From assembly GCA_043811535.1 (NCBI GenBank), contig JBDRNC010000020.1, positions 8,483 through 72,482 of the forward strand: DNA of 64,000 bases. The letters run 5' to 3'. A program made the translations under genes and the position numbers. Below the pieces are notes generated by a model that was given only the letters and a program-made list of their open reading frames with translations, searched no databases and was not told the origin of the DNA. This stretch comes from Elusimicrobiota bacterium (GTDB taxonomy: Bacteria > Elusimicrobiota > Endomicrobiia > Endomicrobiales > JBDRNC01). This document shows, piece after piece, positions 54,278 to 61,788 of this stretch; positions within the stretch are counted from its first letter, which is position 1, and each line of letters starts with the position of its first letter.

Positions 54278-54381
54278 TTTTTAACAACGTTTACACAGAT
54301 TTAAGAGAGGAGATTTCACAGATTACGATAAACAAAATATCTGTGTAATCTATTTTTAGAATCTGTGTAATCGCATTTATT

Positions 54382-54453
54382 GCCGAGGTAGCTCAGCGGT
54401 AGAGCAATGGTTTCGTAAACCATAGGCCGTGGGTTCAAATCCCATCCTCGGCT
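54382..54453 (+). tRNA. tRNA-Thr (anticodon CGU)
   Basis: Hand-folded: acceptor GCCGAGG/CCTCGGC, anticodon arm ATGGT-TTCGTAA-ACCAT, T-arm GTGGG-TTCAAAT-CCCAT. Confidence 0.9.
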
Positions 54454-54540
54454 GTTAACTGCAGTTGGAAGTGGGAAGTTGGAAGACGGAAGTAAAAACA
54501 GGGACAACAAGGCATAAACTGGGATTTGAAGCCGACCTGA
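54437..54540 (+). repeat. 104-bp perfect direct repeat, copy 1 (includes the last 17 nt of tRNA-Thr)
   Basis: AAATCCCATCCTCGGCTGTTAACTGCAGTTGGAAGTGGGAAGTTGGAAGACGGAAG...GAAGCCGACCTGA is identical to 54613-54716. Confidence 0.9.
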
Positions 54541-54612
54541 GCGCGGCCGAAGAGGCCGAACAAAGCGAAGGCGGCCGGCTTTGAAGGAGTCCCGCCAGGG
54601 ACGGGTGAAAAG

Positions 54613-54716
54613 AAATCCCATCCTCGGCTGTTAACTGCAGTTGGAAGTGGGAAGTTGGAAGACGGAAGTAAAAACAGGGACAACAAGGCATAAACTGGGA
54701 TTTGAAGCCGACCTGA
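54613..54716 (+). repeat. 104-bp perfect direct repeat, copy 2
   Basis: 176-bp period. The 72-bp GC-rich filler between the copies contains the hairpin GTCCC-GCCA-GGGAC. Confidence 0.9.
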
Positions 54717-54796
54717 TAACGACAGTGGCTCGGGACTAGTATCTCGGGACTCGGAAGACAAAAATCAGCACTACCTTGAACGAGATACGGACTTTC

Positions 54797-55717
54797 ATGA
54801 TATTTAATAAAAACGCATTAGTTGCCTTAGCAATATTGTTCCTCGTTGGCGGATTTGTTGAAGCTTCATCGCCGGGGACAAGCGCATTCTCTTTCCTTAA
54901 GATAAATCCGGCGGCGCGCAGCGTAGGGATGGGGGAGCTTACTTGCGTCATTGCGGCGCAGAATTCCATTTTAAATCCCGCCATTCTTCCTTGGATTGAA
55001 AATTCACAGTTATCTTTCCAGCACATCAAATACCTGCAGGATACGAGCTACAGCCTTATCGGATACGTGCATACATTTCCGAACGAAGCGGCAATGAATG
55101 TTTCGGTCGGAATGCTGGGCGTCAAGGGCCTGACAAAAACCGAATATTCGGCGACTTCGGCCGAAGGTTATATAGAAAACGGAGAATTCGTTTTTGGCGA
55201 TAAACTTATCAATATCGGCTACGGGTTCAGGGTGTCCAGGGACGTATCATTTGGCGGTTCATTGAAATACGTGCAGGAGACAATTGAAACCAATTCCGTC
55301 GGCTCCGCCTTGTTTTCATTCGGCGGTTTTTATTTCCCATGGGCGACTGACTGGCAAATCAGTTTCGGCTGTTCAAATTTGGGCACTAAGGTCAAGGGTT
55401 TCGAGCCGCCGACGGCGCTGTTCGCCGGTGCCGGAAAACAGCTTTACCCGTACCTGTTCTGGGGCGTTGAAGGAATTAGCTATTTCGATCAGGTCACGGA
55501 AATCAGGACCGGCGTAGAATATAATTACGCACATGCCCTTTTTTTGAGGGCGGGATACAAGCATTTGCTGGAAGACCAAAAACTTGGGGAATTGCCTTGG
55601 ATAGACCTGACTGCCGGAATAGGTTTTATCTACGAAAATTTCTCTTTTGATTATGCGTGGGCGCCTTACGGCGACCTTGGGCAGGCACACCGCGTTACTA
55701 TGGGGTACACATTTTGA
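54797..55717 (+). CDS. PorV/PorQ-like outer-membrane beta-barrel protein (divergent)
   Basis: NPAARSVGMGELTCVIAAQNSILNPAIL motif, ends GYTF. Start is ATG 54797 or TTG 54776. Confidence 0.5.
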   Translation: MIFNKNALVALAILFLVGGFVEASSPGTSAFSFLKINPAARSVGMGELTCVIAAQNSILNPAILPWIENSQLSFQHIKYLQDTSYSLIGYVHTFPNEAAMNVSVGMLGVKGLTKTEYSATSAEGYIENGEFVFGDKLINIGYGFRVSRDVSFGGSLKYVQETIETNSVGSALFSFGGFYFPWATDWQISFGCSNLGTKVKGFEPPTALFAGAGKQLYPYLFWGVEGISYFDQVTEIRTGVEYNYAHALFLRAGYKHLLEDQKLGELPWIDLTAGIGFIYENFSFDYAWAPYGDLGQAHRVTMGYTF

Positions 55718-57948
55718 GCGCCGATACACGAGTCTATATCAATAATACGATTAATGAATATACAGGCAAATTGCTTGCCTACGGGCTTCCGATACTATAC
55801 TTCCTTATTTCAATTGCTTTTTACTTGCGCACATATGATTCGGCTCAGATAAAGATCACGCTTATTCAGATAGGCGGAGCCGTAATTCTCGCCGCGTGGC
55901 TTATTAAACTGATTGAAGAAAACGGCTTTCCTTTTTTCAAAAAAAATCTTATTGTTGTAGCGCCTTTTCTGCTTTTCCTGCTTTCAGGCGCGATCTCGAC
56001 GGCATTGTCCCCGCTGAAACTTGCTAGTATAAATGAATTATACAGAAGAATATTTTACATTACATTTGCTCTCGTAGTTATAAAGGAATTCGACAGCAAT
56101 GAGAAATTAAAAAGGCTTTTCTTCTGGTTGTACGCCGCCGCGTATGTCGCTACGGTATACGGCGTAATACAGTATCTTGACGTGAAGTACTTTCCTCCGA
56201 ATCCCGAACAGGGGCTGGATCCATTCATCTGGAGAGGCGCGTTCGGCCCGAGGATATTCTCAACATTCGGGAATCCTAATTTCTACGGTGATTTTCTGGT
56301 CGTAATGGGCCCCATAGTGCTTGCGGATTTTATCAGAACTAAGAAGTTCCACATGCTTGTTCTGTGGCTGTTGATAACGTTTAACGTCATAAACACATTT
56401 TCGAAAGGTGCCTGGCTAGGATACGCGGTCGGTATCTGGGTCTTCGCGTTCCTTTATATAGGATATTTCGCGCATGGGCAGAAGGCGAAGCTGCGGAAAG
56501 TGCTGTTAGGCATGGTTGTGGCCACCCTGCTTCTGCTGAGTATAGGAACGTATAATAATCTCAGGAACCGTCCGGACAGCGCGACATTCCGTATTTTCAC
56601 GTGGACTTCCACATGGGAAATGATAAAAACAAATCCTGTGTGGGGTACGGGGATAGGCACATTCTACGTCACATATCCCGCATGGAGAAGACCGCAGATA
56701 TTTTATGTTGAAGGCAGGCATAACACCGAGACCGACCATCCGGAAAACGAATATCTAGAAGTCTGGTACGATGAAGGGCTCGTGGGATTCGGAGGTTTCC
56801 TTTGGATACTTGCGACGTTCTTGTTCATATCTTTCAAGAACATGAATATCTTCAATCAGAATAAGACGGACGCAAGGGCTTTCTACCTGTTAGGGATCAT
56901 GACAGCGCTTATCGCTCAGCTCGCGCACAACTTCGTATGCGTTTCATTGAGGTTTGTTTCATCAGGAGTCTTTTTATGGCTTCTGCTCGGCTTGATAGCC
57001 GCATTGAATACACATAATCCGCTTCCTCTGGCATCCAGAGAGAATATTCCCCAAGGTAATAATCCAATTCCCAAAGGGTTGCGGCGCGTCCTGCAGGGGG
57101 GCATAGCGCTTCTTGCGGTGCATTTTATTTCTGTTTTTTACGGTTACTTTAACGCGGACATTAACCATAATATAGCCATAATGTTTTCAAAACAGGCGAA
57201 CTGGATACCCGCGCTTCAACACTATAATACGGTCGTTAAGGAGAATCCATCTTTCATTATGGCGCATTATTTCATGGGAAATGTCTATAATGACCGGTGG
57301 AGCGAAGGCGATCCGGAAAGGGCTGTCGGAAAATACAAGGATGTATGGAAGCTCGCGCCTAATTACGTACAATCGCATCACCAGGCAGGCCTGATATACC
57401 TGAAATGGGGGGAAGACGAGAAACGGCGCGCCGATGAGGCCAGGGCGAGGGGCGATATTAAAGCGGCGAATGAACATGAAAAGAAGAAGACGGAGGTCCT
57501 GATGGAGGCGCTCTCTGAATTCACAAAATACAAGACGATCGATCCGATATTTCCGTTGAATTACTACAGAATGCACGCCACGTACAGGGAACTGAATATG
57601 CCCGATAAGGCCGAAGAAATTCTCCTTGAACACGTTAACTTTCCCGAAAAGCTGCGGAAACCCCCTTATAGTATCTGGGACGAGGACTACTATAAACGCC
57701 GCCCTCACGAGACTTCCGAAACATACATGAATCTGGGCAACTTCGCTTTTACCAGGAACCAACTGGATAAAGCGGAGGTGTACTACAAAAAAGCGGTTGA
57801 AATTTACCCAAAAGCTCTAAACTCATGGAAAAATCTTGCCGTGCTTTACGGAAGGCAGAAGAGATATCAGGAGTCAACTGATGTGTGGAACAAGTTGCGG
57901 ATTATGGCTCCTCAGGATCCCGACGTCCAGAGAGTTTTCCAGCAGTAA
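55714..57948 (+). CDS. polytopic membrane protein with Wzy_C/O-antigen-ligase-like domain + C-terminal TPR repeats
   Basis: More than 10 TM helices, HPENEYLEVWYDEGLVGFGGF (Wzy_C-type H-N-x-Y-L motif) and a TPR-like C-terminus. Likely TTG start at 55714 overlapping the upstream stop (TTGA). Confidence 0.65.
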   Translation: MSADTRVYINNTINEYTGKLLAYGLPILYFLISIAFYLRTYDSAQIKITLIQIGGAVILAAWLIKLIEENGFPFFKKNLIVVAPFLLFLLSGAISTALSPLKLASINELYRRIFYITFALVVIKEFDSNEKLKRLFFWLYAAAYVATVYGVIQYLDVKYFPPNPEQGLDPFIWRGAFGPRIFSTFGNPNFYGDFLVVMGPIVLADFIRTKKFHMLVLWLLITFNVINTFSKGAWLGYAVGIWVFAFLYIGYFAHGQKAKLRKVLLGMVVATLLLLSIGTYNNLRNRPDSATFRIFTWTSTWEMIKTNPVWGTGIGTFYVTYPAWRRPQIFYVEGRHNTETDHPENEYLEVWYDEGLVGFGGFLWILATFLFISFKNMNIFNQNKTDARAFYLLGIMTALIAQLAHNFVCVSLRFVSSGVFLWLLLGLIAALNTHNPLPLASRENIPQGNNPIPKGLRRVLQGGIALLAVHFISVFYGYFNADINHNIAIMFSKQANWIPALQHYNTVVKENPSFIMAHYFMGNVYNDRWSEGDPERAVGKYKDVWKLAPNYVQSHHQAGLIYLKWGEDEKRRADEARARGDIKAANEHEKKKTEVLMEALSEFTKYKTIDPIFPLNYYRMHATYRELNMPDKAEEILLEHVNFPEKLRKPPYSIWDEDYYKRRPHETSETYMNLGNFAFTRNQLDKAEVYYKKAVEIYPKALNSWKNLAVLYGRQKRYQESTDVWNKLRIMAPQDPDVQRVFQQ

Positions 57949-57966
57949 CAGCGATCTTAAGAACAA

Positions 57967-60339
57967 ATGAATAATACCTTCCTGAAATACCTTATCTATT
58001 TCACGCTCTTCGTACCGCCTCTGGTTTTCTTCACCGATCTAACAAGGAATCCTTATTATTTCCAGATAGTGCTGGTTAACGCGCTTACGGTTTTCATATG
58101 GGTATATTGGCTTTACATCAATAATAACAAGGGCGATATTTCTCTTAAAACGACTCCGCTTGATCCGCCGATACTGGTGTTTTTCGGGGCAGCAACACTG
58201 TCTCTTATTCTTATATTTCTGGCTAATATCAAAGAGCCGTACCTGGCTTACGGCATATACAGCGAAGGCTCAAAGCGGTGGTTGTACCTGCTGGTCAACG
58301 CGGTTCTTGTATATTACGCGGCTGTTAATTTTACCGACGACAGCAATCGCAATAAATTCATAAATACGGCGATATTTGCGGGGCTCGCGGCATCAGTTTA
58401 CGGGGTAATGCAGTATTTCGGCATGGAATTTATTTGGCCGAAGGTGCTTAATCCCTTCGGAGGCAGAAGTGTATCCACGTTCGGCAACCCTAATTTCCTG
58501 TCTTCATACCTTGTCCTTATTATGCCGCTTATTTTTGTTTTCTTCTTTAGCGCGCAGACATCCGGAAAACGCAATTTCTACCTAATTGTTTTGGGGCTGG
58601 TTTTTGCCGGACTTCTATGCACGATGACGCGGTCTTCATGGATGGGAGCGTTTGTCTCTTTTGTTTTTGTGATTTGGGCGCTTTGGAAATACGAGCCAGC
58701 ACTGCTGAAAAGAGGAAAAAAACTAGTTTATATATGCGTTGTGCTGCTTATTGCGCTTACTGTGTTATGGCCGAGGAGCCGCATATCGGGATATAGTCCG
58801 ACTGTTGTTGAAAGGCTTACCGAAAGCGGGCAGGCGACAAAGATATTATACGGCGCGTGGGACCAGCGCCGCCTTATATGGTCGTGCGGATGGCACATGG
58901 TAAAGGAAAGGCCGTTGTTCGGAAAAGGATGGGGATGTTTTGAACTATTCTATCCGTTCTATCAGGGAAGGCATCTTTTTCTTGCGTCATACCATAATTT
59001 CAGGACTCACGCCAACAATACGCATAACGAATTGTTGGAAATCTGGTCGCAGACAGGGATTGTCGGGTTCGGGATATATTTATGGTTCATAGTAGCAGTA
59101 GTTGTCTACGGGATGTTCCTGATAAGGAATTCGAGCGGCGAAAAGCGATTGCTTTCCATAGCGCTGATGTCATCCCTGATAGGAATGTGGACTGACAACC
59201 TGCTGAACGTGTCGCTGCATTTCGCGATCCCGGGCTTCATGTATTGGTGGAATCTCGGACTGCTCGCGAGTCTGGGAAGGGGCGGGGAACTGAAAGTAAA
59301 TCTGAAAATTCCATGGAGAAAGCTGGTTCTCTGGTCGCTGGTGATTTTCGGCGCACTCCTTATAATCAGGTATTCAAGGAATTTCATGGCCGAAATACAC
59401 TATTTCGCCGGCTTTAAGGCTTCAAAGATGAATGATTTGCAGAAAGCGATTCCCGAACTCGAAGCCGCGCACAACCTGCAAAGGCTGGAAGTTAACAATA
59501 ACTACGAACTCGGCAACTGTTACGCGCGTTCGGGGCGTAAAGAAAAGGCCGTTTGGATGTATAAGGAATCCCTCAGGGCTAACGCAGGTTATGATGAGAT
59601 ATATTTCAACATGGCCACGGTTATGATGCAGACAGGCGACGTAAACGGCGCGATACCGGAATATTCCAGGGCGCTGTTCATAAACCCGATATCAAATGAA
59701 TCGTACATGGCCTTGGGGTCAGTATTCCTGCAAAACGCCGATTTTTACGCCGAACCGGGCATTGAACTGTTCAAGCAGTGCCTGCATTTCTTTCCGAACA
59801 ACAGGGATATCTGGAATAATCTCGGATACCTTTATACAAGGACAAACAGCGGTGAAGAAGCGCTGGAGGCCTACAAGAAAGCAGTGCAGATCGACCCGGA
59901 TTTTGACCTTGCAAGGAAGAATCTCGAGATAATATCGTCTAAACTCGGAAAGAAAGACGATTTTATGCAAAGGATGGATAATCTTTTCAGAAAAACAGAG
60001 AATGGAATAGTCGCGAAGAACTGGAATGAAGCCATGAAATCATGCGAAAAACTCGTCCAACTCGCTCCGAGAAGCGCGAAAGCGCGGCTCTATATGGCAA
60101 ATATATATTTTACGGTGGGGGATATAGAAAATGCGATAACCGAATATAACGTGCTTTTGTCCATGGATCCAGGCAATATCTCCGGAAGGACAAATCTCGG
60201 CCTGGCATATTTTGAAGCAAAGAGATTCGCTGAGGCGCAGAAGGAATTTGAAGCAGTCCTTAGAGCCGATCCCAATAACCAGATAATAAAACAGAAACTT
60301 GAAGAAATAAAGCTGAATTCTCCGCAGACGCTTCCGTAA
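57967..60339 (+). CDS. second Wzy_C/O-antigen-ligase-like + TPR membrane protein (paralogue)
   Basis: HNTHNELLEIWSQTGIVGFG motif and about 300 aa of TPR repeats. Confidence 0.65.
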   Translation: MNNTFLKYLIYFTLFVPPLVFFTDLTRNPYYFQIVLVNALTVFIWVYWLYINNNKGDISLKTTPLDPPILVFFGAATLSLILIFLANIKEPYLAYGIYSEGSKRWLYLLVNAVLVYYAAVNFTDDSNRNKFINTAIFAGLAASVYGVMQYFGMEFIWPKVLNPFGGRSVSTFGNPNFLSSYLVLIMPLIFVFFFSAQTSGKRNFYLIVLGLVFAGLLCTMTRSSWMGAFVSFVFVIWALWKYEPALLKRGKKLVYICVVLLIALTVLWPRSRISGYSPTVVERLTESGQATKILYGAWDQRRLIWSCGWHMVKERPLFGKGWGCFELFYPFYQGRHLFLASYHNFRTHANNTHNELLEIWSQTGIVGFGIYLWFIVAVVVYGMFLIRNSSGEKRLLSIALMSSLIGMWTDNLLNVSLHFAIPGFMYWWNLGLLASLGRGGELKVNLKIPWRKLVLWSLVIFGALLIIRYSRNFMAEIHYFAGFKASKMNDLQKAIPELEAAHNLQRLEVNNNYELGNCYARSGRKEKAVWMYKESLRANAGYDEIYFNMATVMMQTGDVNGAIPEYSRALFINPISNESYMALGSVFLQNADFYAEPGIELFKQCLHFFPNNRDIWNNLGYLYTRTNSGEEALEAYKKAVQIDPDFDLARKNLEIISSKLGKKDDFMQRMDNLFRKTENGIVAKNWNEAMKSCEKLVQLAPRSAKARLYMANIYFTVGDIENAITEYNVLLSMDPGNISGRTNLGLAYFEAKRFAEAQKEFEAVLRADPNNQIIKQKLEEIKLNSPQTLP

Positions 60340-60391
60340 TGCACAATCACTTCCGCAAGAAAAGCGCAAAACCAATATTTTCTGAAGCCTA

Positions 60392-60420
60392 TTGACAAAC
60401 AAGAAATGAGACATTATAAT
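60392..60420 (+). promoter_or_regulatory. perfect consensus promoter TTGACA-17-TATAAT
   Basis: Read directly, 60 nt upstream of the start at 60481 (RBS AAGGAGG). Confidence 0.7.
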
Positions 60421-60480
60421 ATACGTTGTAATCGTTTACAAAGGGCTAAAGGGGCAACCCGACAATAAAAAGGAGGTTTT

Positions 60481-61086
60481 ATGTTAAAAAATGCATTCAT
60501 TTATGCAGCATTATTGATGTTATTTTCTGTAGTCGGTTTCACGATTGAAAAGCCGTACCCGATGGGCGATGAGAAGAATACGCTTATGATAGCTGATTTT
60601 GACACTTGGGAGGAAATAAATAATTTGGGCGGTATGTTCAGCTCATGGACAAAAGATCCGAATGACGATACGCAGGGCTGCAGGGTGGAAATATCCGACC
60701 AGGAAAGAGTCGGCGATAAAGGGAACTGTTTGCGCCTGGTATACGATGTGGATTCGCCCAAGAATGCTTTTAACGGGATGTGGATAATGCTTGAAAACTC
60801 GGATTGGACACCGTACAAATATTTAGTACTTTCGGTCAAGGGCGAAAAGGAATCAGGATTTACGCCTCGCTTTAAGATAGAAGTGAAGAACAGGAAAGGC
60901 GAAACAGGCCGTTATGTTGTTTTGGGCATAGTGGATCAGTGGAAACAATTTTTGATACCGGTTTCCTCTTTCCGCGGACTTACAAAATTAAAGGACATGA
61001 GGGAGATGACAATTGTTTTCGACGACATGCGCTGCAACCCGAAAGTCGGCGCGGTATACGTAGATAATATCTACCTTTCGAAATAA
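60481..61086 (+). CDS. secreted CBM-like beta-sandwich protein (subfamily 2, copy 1)
   Basis: ADFD.W.EINNLGG...GC.V...RL.YDVDSPK...W.PYKY.VLS.KG...W.QF.IP...F...VYVDNIYLSK. Confidence 0.5.
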   Translation: MLKNAFIYAALLMLFSVVGFTIEKPYPMGDEKNTLMIADFDTWEEINNLGGMFSSWTKDPNDDTQGCRVEISDQERVGDKGNCLRLVYDVDSPKNAFNGMWIMLENSDWTPYKYLVLSVKGEKESGFTPRFKIEVKNRKGETGRYVVLGIVDQWKQFLIPVSSFRGLTKLKDMREMTIVFDDMRCNPKVGAVYVDNIYLSK

Positions 61087-61106
61087 TCATTTTAGTAGAG
61101 GTAAAG

Positions 61107-61700
61107 ATGTTTTATATACTAGTCGCAATGCTTTTTTTACTGCCGACAGCCGGATTTTCAGCAGAATTCCGCCCTATGACAGACCAGAAGAACACATTGG
61201 TTATAGCGGATTTTGATTCCTGGTCCGAGATCAACAATCTTGGCGGGAAGTTCGCCGCGTGGGCAAAGGATATGAACGACGAATCCCAGGGGTGCAAGGT
61301 GGGGATAACGGATTCGGAGAGGGTAGGCACGAAGGGGAATTCAATCCGCCTTATGTACGATGTTGATTCGCCGAAGATCGCCTATAACGGAATGTCCATA
61401 AATGTCATGGGAACCGACTGGACCCCCTACAAATACATAGTCCTATCGGCAAAAGGCGATGAAGAGGCGGGATACACTCCGCGGTTCAAGGTAGAGCTTA
61501 AGAACAAAAAGGGCCAAACGGGGATATATGTCCTTACGGGGCTTACAGGAGACTGGAAACAGTTTGCGCTGCCTCTTGCGGAATTCCAGGGAATAACACG
61601 ATTTCACCAGATGCAAGAGATGACAATCGTGTTTGATGACATGCGCTGCAATCCTCAGGTGGGTGTTATATACGTAGACAACATCTACCTTTCACAATAA
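61107..61700 (+). CDS. secreted CBM-like beta-sandwich protein (subfamily 2, copy 2; tandem duplicate)
   Basis: About 60% identical by eye to the 60481 product and collinear with it. Confidence 0.5.
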   Translation: MFYILVAMLFLLPTAGFSAEFRPMTDQKNTLVIADFDSWSEINNLGGKFAAWAKDMNDESQGCKVGITDSERVGTKGNSIRLMYDVDSPKIAYNGMSINVMGTDWTPYKYIVLSAKGDEEAGYTPRFKVELKNKKGQTGIYVLTGLTGDWKQFALPLAEFQGITRFHQMQEMTIVFDDMRCNPQVGVIYVDNIYLSQ

Positions 61701-61788
61701 CTAATTCCGCGCTATAGAATCCTCCCCAGCTCCCGCCGGGAAGGAATGCAAAGCGGAGCGCGGGATGTTCTGAAGGGACTCCACTAAT

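Noticed and set aside
1691-54493. Could the short tandem arrays be CRISPR arrays?
   Set aside because: The period is 7-8 nt with no unique spacers, each array is under 80 nt, and no cas genes are present. This is not CRISPR architecture.
54437-54716. An integrated prophage or genomic island at tRNA-Thr.
   Set aside because: Only 72 bp separate the att-like repeats, and no integrase, excisionase or cargo genes are present. I kept it as a scar or duplication finding, not as a mobile-element call.
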